This document shows positions 57,391 through 64,000 of a stretch of 64,000 nucleotides of DNA, one piece after another. The stretch spans positions 3,618 through 67,617 of the forward strand of contig JAZOVZ010000106.1 in assembly GCA_045658965.1 (NCBI GenBank), given 5' to 3'. A program made the translations under genes and the position numbers. The notes below the pieces were generated by a model that was not told where the DNA came from, did not search any database, and saw nothing but the letters and a program-made list of their open reading frames with translations. The stretch is from Eubacteriales bacterium. GTDB lineage: Bacteria > Bacillota > Clostridia > Oscillospirales > CAG-272. The first letter of the stretch is position 1. Every line of letters begins with the position of its first letter.

Positions 57391-57405
57391 CGCAGCTTTT
57401 TTTCC

Positions 57406-57434
57406 GTGAAAAACGGTGCGCGGAATGGTAAAAT
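57406..57434 (+). promoter_or_regulatory. Putative promoter of the rtcB operon
   Basis: GTGAAA, 17-nt spacer, TGgTAAAAT (extended -10). A small palindrome CCGTgaaaaACGG overlaps the -35 and is a possible operator. Confidence 0.4.
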
Positions 57435-57450
57435 ATGCTTGAAAGGAGGG

Positions 57451-58518
57451 ATGATGATGTGGCTCTTCCCTAAAAAGCAAAATAAGTTTATCCTTGGGCG
57501 CAAAAGAAAAGCCGCGCTTGCACAGCTGCAAAAGGCGTTCCCTGCCGAATGCGCCGAAGACGTGCGGATTGTGTTCTTCTCTCTCATCTCAACCGCAGAA
57601 GTCCCGCGAAATGAACTCACCTTTTTCTTTGATCACATCACCGATTGGCAACTGCCCTCGGGCGAGTGCATCACGCTTCCCTATCGCATTTACATACGCG
57701 ACGAGCTGCGCCTCGGATGCAAGTTGACCGAGCAGCAGCAGATCATCTGGCATTGCATCGGTTCCAGAAGCCACAACGGCTACGTGCGCCAGCGACACAT
57801 CCAAGCCCTGCTTGCCACCGACCTGCCCGAATGGGCACTTCCCTATATCATCAAGATCTGCGACGAATACGTCATAGAGATCTTAAAGATCGTATATGCA
57901 TCGCTTTCAGGGCGCAACTGCACCGCATATAAGCGCATCTGCGCACTCAACTTTGATTATATCAAGCTCGGGCACAGCCGCATGATCAGTTACTGGAACG
58001 AATATTACAGGTGGGATTGCTATCAATACAGCGAATACATCGGTAAAAAGCTGTACCGCGAATGCTTCGGCTTCAGCAAAACCGGGCAAAAGACCATCAT
58101 ATTCAAGGAGGAGGAAGTTTACACAATGACACTCAAAGAATTTGAACAAAAGTGGCTCTCCATCTTTGCCAAAGACATTCCCAAAAAGCAGTTGGAAGAA
58201 TACGTGAGCGGTCGTGGCGGTTACATCTGGCATATCTTTTCCTGGGATTTGATGCCTAAGGACAGGTATCTGACCGGTGATGCCGCTCGCCAGGCCTATG
58301 ATACTCTTCCCTGTTATGCAAGAGAATCTGCTTTATTTATCGAACCCTTTGGCAGCAAACGCCCCGAAACATTTTCCTTAGCCTTACACCAATCCGATGC
58401 ACGTGCGCTGGACGAACGCGTGGAAATATTCGTCGTAGCTAAAGACTTTTCATGGACGTATATCAAAACACATGAAAATAACTGGTGCGGACCTTATTTC
58501 TACTGTAAAAAGCAGTAA
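57451..58518 (+). CDS. Two-part hypothetical protein (about 355 aa); C-terminal half resembles small DUF4275-like proteins
   Basis: Triple ATG at 57451-57459 directly after AGGAGGG. An internal in-frame ATG at 58126 has its own AGGAGG. The C-terminal part has GGYIWHIFSWD...WTYIKTHENNWCGPYFY. No enzymatic motif recognised. Confidence 0.55.
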   Translation: MMMWLFPKKQNKFILGRKRKAALAQLQKAFPAECAEDVRIVFFSLISTAEVPRNELTFFFDHITDWQLPSGECITLPYRIYIRDELRLGCKLTEQQQIIWHCIGSRSHNGYVRQRHIQALLATDLPEWALPYIIKICDEYVIEILKIVYASLSGRNCTAYKRICALNFDYIKLGHSRMISYWNEYYRWDCYQYSEYIGKKLYRECFGFSKTGQKTIIFKEEEVYTMTLKEFEQKWLSIFAKDIPKKQLEEYVSGRGGYIWHIFSWDLMPKDRYLTGDAARQAYDTLPCYARESALFIEPFGSKRPETFSLALHQSDARALDERVEIFVVAKDFSWTYIKTHENNWCGPYFYCKKQ

Positions 58519-58550
58519 TCACTTCCCCTTGGTCACGAAAGGAGCACATC

Positions 58551-59018
58551 ATGATTTTTCATCTTACCAACTTCATACTTGACGTTGACGTCGAGCGCAC
58601 GCGCGCCTTTTATGAGCGCACCGACGTGCCCACCACGAGCCAAGGATGCTCCTGCGAGGGCTGCCAAAACTTTGATAAAGCAATTTTAACCGTGCCTGCC
58701 ACCGTGACCGAATTCTTGCAATCGCTCGGCATCGATCCCCAAAAGCCGATAGAAGCCTATAGCGTTACGGGAGAACGTGAACCGGACGGCACGATCTTGT
58801 ATAACGGCTGGTATCACGTATGCGGAAAGGTGGTACAGTGGCCGAAATTTGAACAAACCGAAAATCGCCTTTCCTACAGCCGGGAGGATGGCTACCGCCC
58901 CGATCCCACGTTCCGCTTTGATATCATTGCCGTTCCCACGGTGGATCTGGCGCACAAGCAGATGCCCACACCCATCATCCAGTTGGATTTTGATACGTAT
59001 CTTCCCTATTTGCTATAA
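58551..59018 (+). CDS. Hypothetical protein (155 aa, CxCxxC motif)
   Basis: Good SD (AAAGGAG). Contains SQGCSCEGCQNF. No recognisable family. It sits between the unknown gene and rtcB with 21-32-nt gaps. Confidence 0.55.
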   Translation: MIFHLTNFILDVDVERTRAFYERTDVPTTSQGCSCEGCQNFDKAILTVPATVTEFLQSLGIDPQKPIEAYSVTGEREPDGTILYNGWYHVCGKVVQWPKFEQTENRLSYSREDGYRPDPTFRFDIIAVPTVDLAHKQMPTPIIQLDFDTYLPYLL

Positions 59019-59039
59019 CCATGAAAGGAGTTCCATACA

Positions 59040-60248
59040 ATGTTAGAGATTATCGGAGCATATAACACCGCCAAGTGCTTTGCCACCACCATTGACGAGG
59101 GTGCGCGCGAGCAGATCAAGCAGGTTTGCGACGCCGAAGCGTTTGCATCCGCCAAGATCCGCATTATGCCTGACGTGCACGCCGGCAAGGGCTGCACCAT
59201 CGGCACGACCATGACCGTCACCGACAAGATCGTACCCGCCATGGTGGGTGTGGACATCGGTTGTGGCATGTATACGGTATATCTTGGCAATATTGATATC
59301 GATTTTGAAAGAATGGATGAGGCAGCGCACGCGATTCCCTGCGGCATGAAGGTATGGGAGGGCAGACAGGAGCGATTTGACCTGACCGCCCTGCGCTGCT
59401 ACAGAAGCTTAAAGGACTCCAAAAGACTGGAGCGCAGCATTGGAACTTTGGGCGGTGGCAATCACTTTATCGAGATTGACGTGGACGACGCGGGCGGCAA
59501 ATACTTAGTCATCCACTCGGGCAGCCGCAACCTTGGCACGCAGGTTGCACATCACTATCAGCACCTCGCTTATGAGCTTAACTTGGGCAAGGAGGAATAT
59601 TTCAAGCAGCGCGACGAGATCATTCGCACCTATAAGGAGGCGGGCAGACGCACCGAGATCCAAAGCACACTCAAGGCACTTGAAAAGGCGTTCCATGCGA
59701 GGATGCCTACCCTGCCCGAAGATCTTTGCTACCTCTACGGCAGCTTTATGGACGATTATCTGCACGACGTGGATATCTGCCAGCAGTTTGCTGAGCGCAA
59801 CCGCGCCAAGATGGCAGAGATCATTCTGGACCGCATGGGCTGGACGGCAATCGAATCCTTTCAAACCATTCACAACTACGTGGATGTGCACGAAATGATC
59901 CTGCGCAAGGGCGCGGTGTCGGCAAAAGCGGGCGAAAAACTGCTCATTCCCATCAATATGCGTGACGGCAGCTTGATCTGCATTGGCAAGGGCAACGAGG
60001 ATTGGAACTTCTCCGCTCCTCACGGCGCAGGTCGTTTGCTCTCACGCACCACCGCCTTTGAGCAGCTGACTATGGCAGAATATGAGCGCGAGATGGCAGG
60101 CATCTACTCCACCTGCGTCGTCCCCGACACCTTGGACGAGTCGCCCATGGCGTATAAGAGCATGGACGAGATCGTGGAGAACATCGAGCCCACCGCCGAG
60201 ATCGTCTGCAGAATCAAGCCCCTCTATAACTTCAAGGCGGCGGAGTGA
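59040..60248 (+). CDS. rtcB: RtcB-family RNA 3'-phosphate/2',3'-cyclic-phosphate ligase (short about 400-aa form)
   Basis: 402 aa. Contains IRIMPDVHAGKGCTIGTTM, GVDIGCGM, GGGNHFIEIDVD, HSGSRNLG and SAPHGAGR (His nucleophile region). Confidence 0.9.
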   Translation: MLEIIGAYNTAKCFATTIDEGAREQIKQVCDAEAFASAKIRIMPDVHAGKGCTIGTTMTVTDKIVPAMVGVDIGCGMYTVYLGNIDIDFERMDEAAHAIPCGMKVWEGRQERFDLTALRCYRSLKDSKRLERSIGTLGGGNHFIEIDVDDAGGKYLVIHSGSRNLGTQVAHHYQHLAYELNLGKEEYFKQRDEIIRTYKEAGRRTEIQSTLKALEKAFHARMPTLPEDLCYLYGSFMDDYLHDVDICQQFAERNRAKMAEIILDRMGWTAIESFQTIHNYVDVHEMILRKGAVSAKAGEKLLIPINMRDGSLICIGKGNEDWNFSAPHGAGRLLSRTTAFEQLTMAEYEREMAGIYSTCVVPDTLDESPMAYKSMDEIVENIEPTAEIVCRIKPLYNFKAAE

Positions 60249-60263
60249 CCGAGGGGTGCGCTC

Positions 60264-60470
60264 ATGAAAATTCCAATCAACAAAGAACATCTCGAATATT
60301 TGCAAAACAACGGCATTGACGTTTTGCAGGTCTTACAAGACAATGATCTTGATTTAGTGTTAGAAATCATCGACGACGCAATCGTTGATGACATTGTAAA
60401 TAATCACGATAAAATAACAACGCACGGTATTTATTTGCAAAGAATTTATGATCAGATAGCACAATTATAA
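60264..60470 (+). CDS. Small acidic hypothetical protein (68 aa)
   Basis: AT-rich ORF 15 nt after rtcB and followed by a terminator. D/I/V-rich (DNDLDLVLEIIDDAIVDDIVNN). Coding status is uncertain. Confidence 0.4.
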   Translation: MKIPINKEHLEYLQNNGIDVLQVLQDNDLDLVLEIIDDAIVDDIVNNHDKITTHGIYLQRIYDQIAQL

Positions 60471-60486
60471 TCCTTTGTAAAGCAAG

Positions 60487-60516
60487 CAGGAGATCCCAAA
60501 TGGGATCTCCTGTTTC
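60487..60516 (+). terminator. Rho-independent terminator of the rtcB operon
   Basis: CAGGAGATCCCaaaTGGGATCTCCTG + TTT. Confidence 0.8.
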
Positions 60517-60597
60517 GAGGGGTACTCACCTGCGGCGAGAATACCCACGCCCTGCGCCTGGAGAATGCCCCACTTCGCGGGTCGCTCTCCGATCTTC

Positions 60598-60768
60598 GGG
60601 CAGAGGGATTCTGAACCCATGTTTGCGCTAACAGCTTTTATAACTGCTTACTCGTCCTGCGCAAACCAACATGTCGCGGCTTGCGCCGCTCATGCGAGGT
60701 TCTCATCGGGGCTCTCCCACCACGATACAAAAGGAAACCCACCGCGCTGCGGTGGTTTTCCTTTTGTA
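60598..60768. repeat. Structured repeat unit A (divergent copy) ending in terminator hairpin 60729-60765
   Basis: It shares with B and C: CAGAGGGATTCTGAACCC, the stem GTTTGCGC/GCGCAAAC, and the hairpin CATGTCGCGGCTTGCGCCGCTCATG. The 30-nt loop and the 3' segment differ. It lacks the GCCTCCGCCA end. Confidence 0.75.
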
Positions 60769-60944
60769 TGGCGGAGGCAGAGGGATTCTGAACCCTTGTT
60801 TGCGCAATGGGCGTTGAGAACCGTTTACCTACCCTGCGCAAACCAACATGTCGCGGCTTGCGCCGCTCATGCGGGGTTCGAATCGATACACTATCACGAT
60901 AAAAACAAAAGGAGATCCCTAAAAAGGATCTCCTTTTGTTTTTA
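60769..60944. repeat. Structured repeat unit B (176 bp) ending in terminator hairpin 60907-60937
   Basis: The minus strand ends ...AAGGGTTCAGAATCCCTCTGCCTCCGCCA next to the preceding terminator. The plus strand contains GCGGGGTTCGAATC. Confidence 0.8.
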
Positions 60945-61121
60945 TGGCGGAGGCAGAGGGATTCTGAACCCTTGTTTGCGCTAATGGGCGTTGAGAACCG
61001 TTTGCCTACCCTGCGCAAACCAACATGTCGCGGATTGCGCCGCTCATGCGGGGTTCGAATCGATACACTATCACGATAAAAACAAAAGGAGATCCCTAAA
61101 AAGGATCTCCTTTTGTTTTTA
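60945..61121. repeat. Structured repeat unit C (177 bp) ending in terminator hairpin 61084-61114
   Basis: Differs from unit B at only 3 positions (one 1-nt indel and two substitutions). Confidence 0.8.
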
Positions 61122-61195
61122 TGGCGGAGGCAGAGGGATTCGAACCCCCGTGGGGAAGCCCCAAACGGTTTTCAAGGCACATTAACCACTCGGAA
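61122..61195 (-). pseudogene. tRNA-Ser(UGA)-like 3' portion (anticodon loop to CCA) lacking a 5' acceptor strand
   Basis: The minus strand reads CCTTGAAAACCGTTTGGGGCTTCCCCACGGGGGTTCGAATCCCTCTGCCTCCGCCA. This gives a UGA anticodon-loop half, a GGGG/CCCC variable arm, a canonical GGGGG-TTCGAAT-CCCTC T-arm, a 3' acceptor strand and CCA. No GGAGGCA lies upstream and the anticodon stem is unpaired. Confidence 0.6.
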
Positions 61196-61423
61196 ATTAG
61201 AGAATTTTAGAGGAAGATATCAGACGATAAAAGACGCTGAAACCCCAGTGTTTACAAGGGTTTTCGGCTCTTTTTTGTTCGAACCTCGAAAAATCCCTTA
61301 CGCCATAAGGGATACCGATTTCTAAAAATATTTCTAAAAATTTTTTAGAAATTCTTTTAGAAATGCACCCCCGTTTGTGTGGATGCTTTCGGGGCGGTTG
61401 TGCTCCGAAAGCCAAACACAATA

Positions 61424-62173
61424 TCAAAGTAAAGACAGAAAAACCTCGTTCAGCTCGTTCCAGTCGTGAGAATCCTCAGCCGATAATCCTGCGATGATAC
61501 CTTCGATCTCCTCAATGTTGCGATCCAAATAATCGTTGACACGGTCGAATCGCTTGCCCTCGCCGATCTCGGGCATATTCATTTTCATATCAAGCAGCTT
61601 CTCAACGTCGGGCTTCAGATCATCGTCAAGATACTTATCCATAAGCGTGCGGAACAGCATCGGTGGTGGTGTGCCTTCTGCAAGGATCCATTTGCACGCA
61701 AGCAGCGGACGAAGCACATAAAAATACTTTTTCAGCCTTACCGTTTCACCCTTCAGATATTCGCGATAGTTGCTCTTGGCTGTGCTGAGATAGTGGTAAA
61801 GCCCCGACTTCGCTACAAAGTAGCGGTTAATAATAGCGGATATCTTCTGCCAATCCTCAGTCGTCTTATATACGATGGGAGAGGAATTCCACTCGAACAG
61901 TGTCGGATTTGATTTGTGAAGCAAAGTCAGTGCTTTCTGAACATCCCATCCGTTGATATCCAGCGTATCATCCAACTGCCATTCGATAACGTCGCGAGTC
62001 TTGTCGAGGCGCAAATAGAACTCCTTGGGGCGAACGTATATGAAACGCACGTCGTAGTCGCTGTCAGGCGAGGCAAAGCCCCACGCCCGGCTTCCCGATT
62101 CGATGCAGTGCAGAATTTTTATGTTTTCTCGTTTCTCGATCTCATCAAGCTTTTCAAGAATCGTTTCTCTCAT
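61424..62173 (-). CDS. RlaP/COG3541-type Pol-beta-superfamily nucleotidyltransferase (RNA-repair-associated family)
   Basis: Start at ATG 62173 after GGAAGGAGGG. ILHCIESGSRAWGFASPDSDYDVRFIYVRP carries the GS..D.D NTase signature and matches my memory of PF10127. About 250 aa. Confidence 0.7.
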   Translation of the reverse strand: MRETILEKLDEIEKRENIKILHCIESGSRAWGFASPDSDYDVRFIYVRPKEFYLRLDKTRDVIEWQLDDTLDINGWDVQKALTLLHKSNPTLFEWNSSPIVYKTTEDWQKISAIINRYFVAKSGLYHYLSTAKSNYREYLKGETVRLKKYFYVLRPLLACKWILAEGTPPPMLFRTLMDKYLDDDLKPDVEKLLDMKMNMPEIGEGKRFDRVNDYLDRNIEEIEGIIAGLSAEDSHDWNELNEVFLSLL

Positions 62174-62484
62174 AACTTTCCCTCCTTCCGAGATTTGCTC
62201 CATTATACCATAAAAATGTAAATTCTTCAAGTCACCTCACGGTTAAATGTTTGCACCGCTGTAATCAAAGATAACCGCCGTGCCATTATACCCCCATTAT
62301 ACCCCTTTGCAAAATTCACTTTATTCGCTGAATATTCGCTCTGTTCACTGAATAAAGCGAATATCGATTATTCCGAAAGTTTACAATTACTATTCCGCAA
62401 AACGTTGACATTATGCCGAAAATGTGGTATACTTATACTGATATATTATAAAATTCGAAATCTCAACGTAACGAGGTATGAATA

Positions 62485-63363
62485 ATGGCTATGACTACAA
62501 AACAAGCCGCCGAGAAATGGGGCATCTCCGACAGACGTGTCCGTACTCTCTGCGTTAACGGGCAAATTGACGGCGCATGGCGCGAGGGCAAACTCTGGTT
62601 TGTTCCCGATAACGCTCCCAAGCCTGCCGATGGACGCATTCGCGGAAAGGAAACCCTTCTCGCCCAGATCGAAAGAAAGAAAATCGAACTCGACGGTCGC
62701 AGACCGCTCACCGAGGGTGAAGTGGCGCGTCTGAACGAGGACTTCATGATTGAATATACCTACAATTCCAACGCCATCGAGGGCAACACGCTGACCTTGC
62801 GCGAAACAGATATGGTTCTCAAAGGCCTGACCATCGATCAGAAGCCTTTGAAGGATCATATGGAAGCAGTTGGCCACAAGGACGCATTCTACTACATCTG
62901 CGACCTGGTCAAGGAACGTACTCCCCTGTCGGAGACCGTGATCAAACAGATTCATGCGCTCGTGCTTGCCGACAAACCGCTTGACCGCGGCGTGTACCGT
63001 AAAGTGCCGGTTCGCATCATGGGCGCAAAGCAAGACCCTGTGCAACCGTACTTGATCGAAGCAAAGATGTTTGATCTGATGCAGCAGTACGCCACAGACG
63101 AGCGGTGCATCGTGGAAAAGCTTGCCGATCTGCATATCGCGTTTGAGTCCATCCATCCTTTCATCGATGGCAACGGCAGAACCGGCCGCCTGATCGTCAA
63201 CCTTGAACTGATGAAGGCCGGCTATCCCCCCATCGATATCAAATTCACCGACAGAATGCGTTATTACGACGCCTTCGACCACCGCGAGGACATGGTAAAG
63301 CTGTTCGCGGAGTATCTAAATAAGCGATTGGATCAGTATTTAGAAGTATTAGAGAACAACTAA
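62485..63363 (+). CDS. Fic-family protein with N-terminal HTH and internal inhibitory-helix motif
   Basis: Fic motif HPFIDGNGRTGRL. SNAIEGN matches (S/T)xxxE(G/N). N-terminal TTKQAAEKWGISDRRVRTLC is HTH-like. The 278-aa antisense ORF is a shadow. Confidence 0.85.
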   Translation: MAMTTKQAAEKWGISDRRVRTLCVNGQIDGAWREGKLWFVPDNAPKPADGRIRGKETLLAQIERKKIELDGRRPLTEGEVARLNEDFMIEYTYNSNAIEGNTLTLRETDMVLKGLTIDQKPLKDHMEAVGHKDAFYYICDLVKERTPLSETVIKQIHALVLADKPLDRGVYRKVPVRIMGAKQDPVQPYLIEAKMFDLMQQYATDERCIVEKLADLHIAFESIHPFIDGNGRTGRLIVNLELMKAGYPPIDIKFTDRMRYYDAFDHREDMVKLFAEYLNKRLDQYLEVLENN

Positions 63364-63481
63364 TCCTTCATCTTCTCCCCACGAACAGCAATTCGACGGT
63401 CTGAAAGAGATTATAGGGAGAAGAATGGGAATTAAACTAAAAGAGACTCAACAAACAATAAAAAATCAAATGGAGGCTATT

Positions 63482-64000
63482 ATGAGCACTTTGGAAATAA
63501 AGAAAAACAACCAAGGAAAAATATATTCTTTTATTAGAGACGATTATTTTGTATGTACTCCTGAGGAGGAAGTTCGTCAAAACTTAGTGTGCAAACTTGT
63601 CAACGATTTTGGCTATCCTCTTAGCTTAATGGCTGAAGAATACAGACCTGATATGGAAACTCGAGGTGTCCGCTCAACAAGAGCCGATATTGTGATTTTT
63701 GAAACAGAAGAAAAGAAAGTGAATAATCACAATGCCTTTATCGTTGTTGAGTGTAAAGCAGAAAATGTTAGAATTCGTTTGGAGGATTTCTATCAGGGGG
63801 CGGAATATGCCGCAAAAGTGCGCGCTCAATTTTTGGTGTTGCACAATTCAAAAGAAACTAATTTTTATGCAGTTGATATAGATAAAATTCCAAACAAAAA
63901 AGATGCATTTACACAGATCATTGCAATTCCCCACTATAATGATATTGGTGATGCAAAGAAAATAGAAACCATAAAAAAGCAAACAAAAACATTTACCCGT
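63482..64000 (+). CDS. HsdR_N (type I restriction enzyme R-protein N-terminal)-like domain protein, truncated by window edge
   Basis: The frame is open from ATG 63482 (SD GGAGG 6 nt upstream) to the window end, so it is not in the ORF track. Contains EEVRQNLVCKLVNDFGYP...RADIVIF...AFIVVECKAENV (PD-(D/E)xK-like core). About 35% GC. Confidence 0.6.
   Translation, partial: MSTLEIKKNNQGKIYSFIRDDYFVCTPEEEVRQNLVCKLVNDFGYPLSLMAEEYRPDMETRGVRSTRADIVIFETEEKKVNNHNAFIVVECKAENVRIRLEDFYQGAEYAAKVRAQFLVLHNSKETNFYAVDIDKIPNKKDAFTQIIAIPHYNDIGDAKKIETIKKQTKTFTR

Noticed and set aside
60565-61018. ORFs inside the repeat array: 60565..60984 (+) of 139 aa, 60638..61018 (-) of 126 aa, and 60991..61185 (+)
   Set aside because: They are reading frames through tandem repeats and terminator hairpins. 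They have repetitive Arg/Cys-rich sequence and no SD.
60598-61121. CRISPR array
   Set aside because: The repeats are about 176 bp and directly abutting, with no unique spacers. The 52445-52630 array has only an 8-nt constant word and about 15-nt palindromes. No cas genes are present in the window.

Overview
This is a densely coding chromosomal segment of about 55% GC. Gene content looks like Clostridia (Oscillospiraceae-like), but the taxon cannot be verified without a database search.

**Left part (1-11.1 kb).** One minus-strand operon of unknown substrate. It encodes a roughly 1254-aa solute-binding protein, two CUT1-type permeases, an NHL/TPR/Yip1 membrane protein, and a secreted protein of more than 1070 aa that runs off the window edge and is therefore missing from the ORF track.

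**Middle.** Housekeeping and carbohydrate genes:
- RNA modification and translation: an rlmI-like gene, rlmD, trmK, nif3, prfB (no frameshift) and nnr.
- Regulators: an ECF sigma/anti-sigma pair and a PadR pair.
- Other: ROK glucokinase, a MoxR-DUF58-DUF4129 trio, pdxK, cysK, an ABC exporter pair with DUF1854, GH127 and GH38.

These are interrupted by small low-GC inserts:
- an IS30 copy;
- an XRE regulator;
- a GIY-YIG gene flanked by roughly 150-bp inverted-repeat arms;
- a 678-aa metallophosphoesterase bracketed by a duplicated rlmD 3' end;
- a HigB/HigA-type toxin-antitoxin pair.

**Right end (55.2-64 kb), the most unusual locus.**
- Two translationally coupled WYL-domain regulators.
- An operon of two unknown proteins, an RtcB RNA ligase and a 68-aa acidic protein.
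- A tandem array of roughly 176-bp structured units that carry tRNA-Ser 3'-end-like sequence, each closed by a terminator hairpin.
- A convergent RlaP-type nucleotidyltransferase.
- A Fic protein and the start of an HsdR_N-domain protein.

I read this locus as a candidate WYL-controlled RNA-damage-response or repair module. The alternative is that the array is a set of integration scars at a tRNA-Ser gene.

**Intergenic DNA.** It is saturated with several families of hairpin and MITE-like repeats.

All family assignments come from motif recognition by eye. No searches were run.
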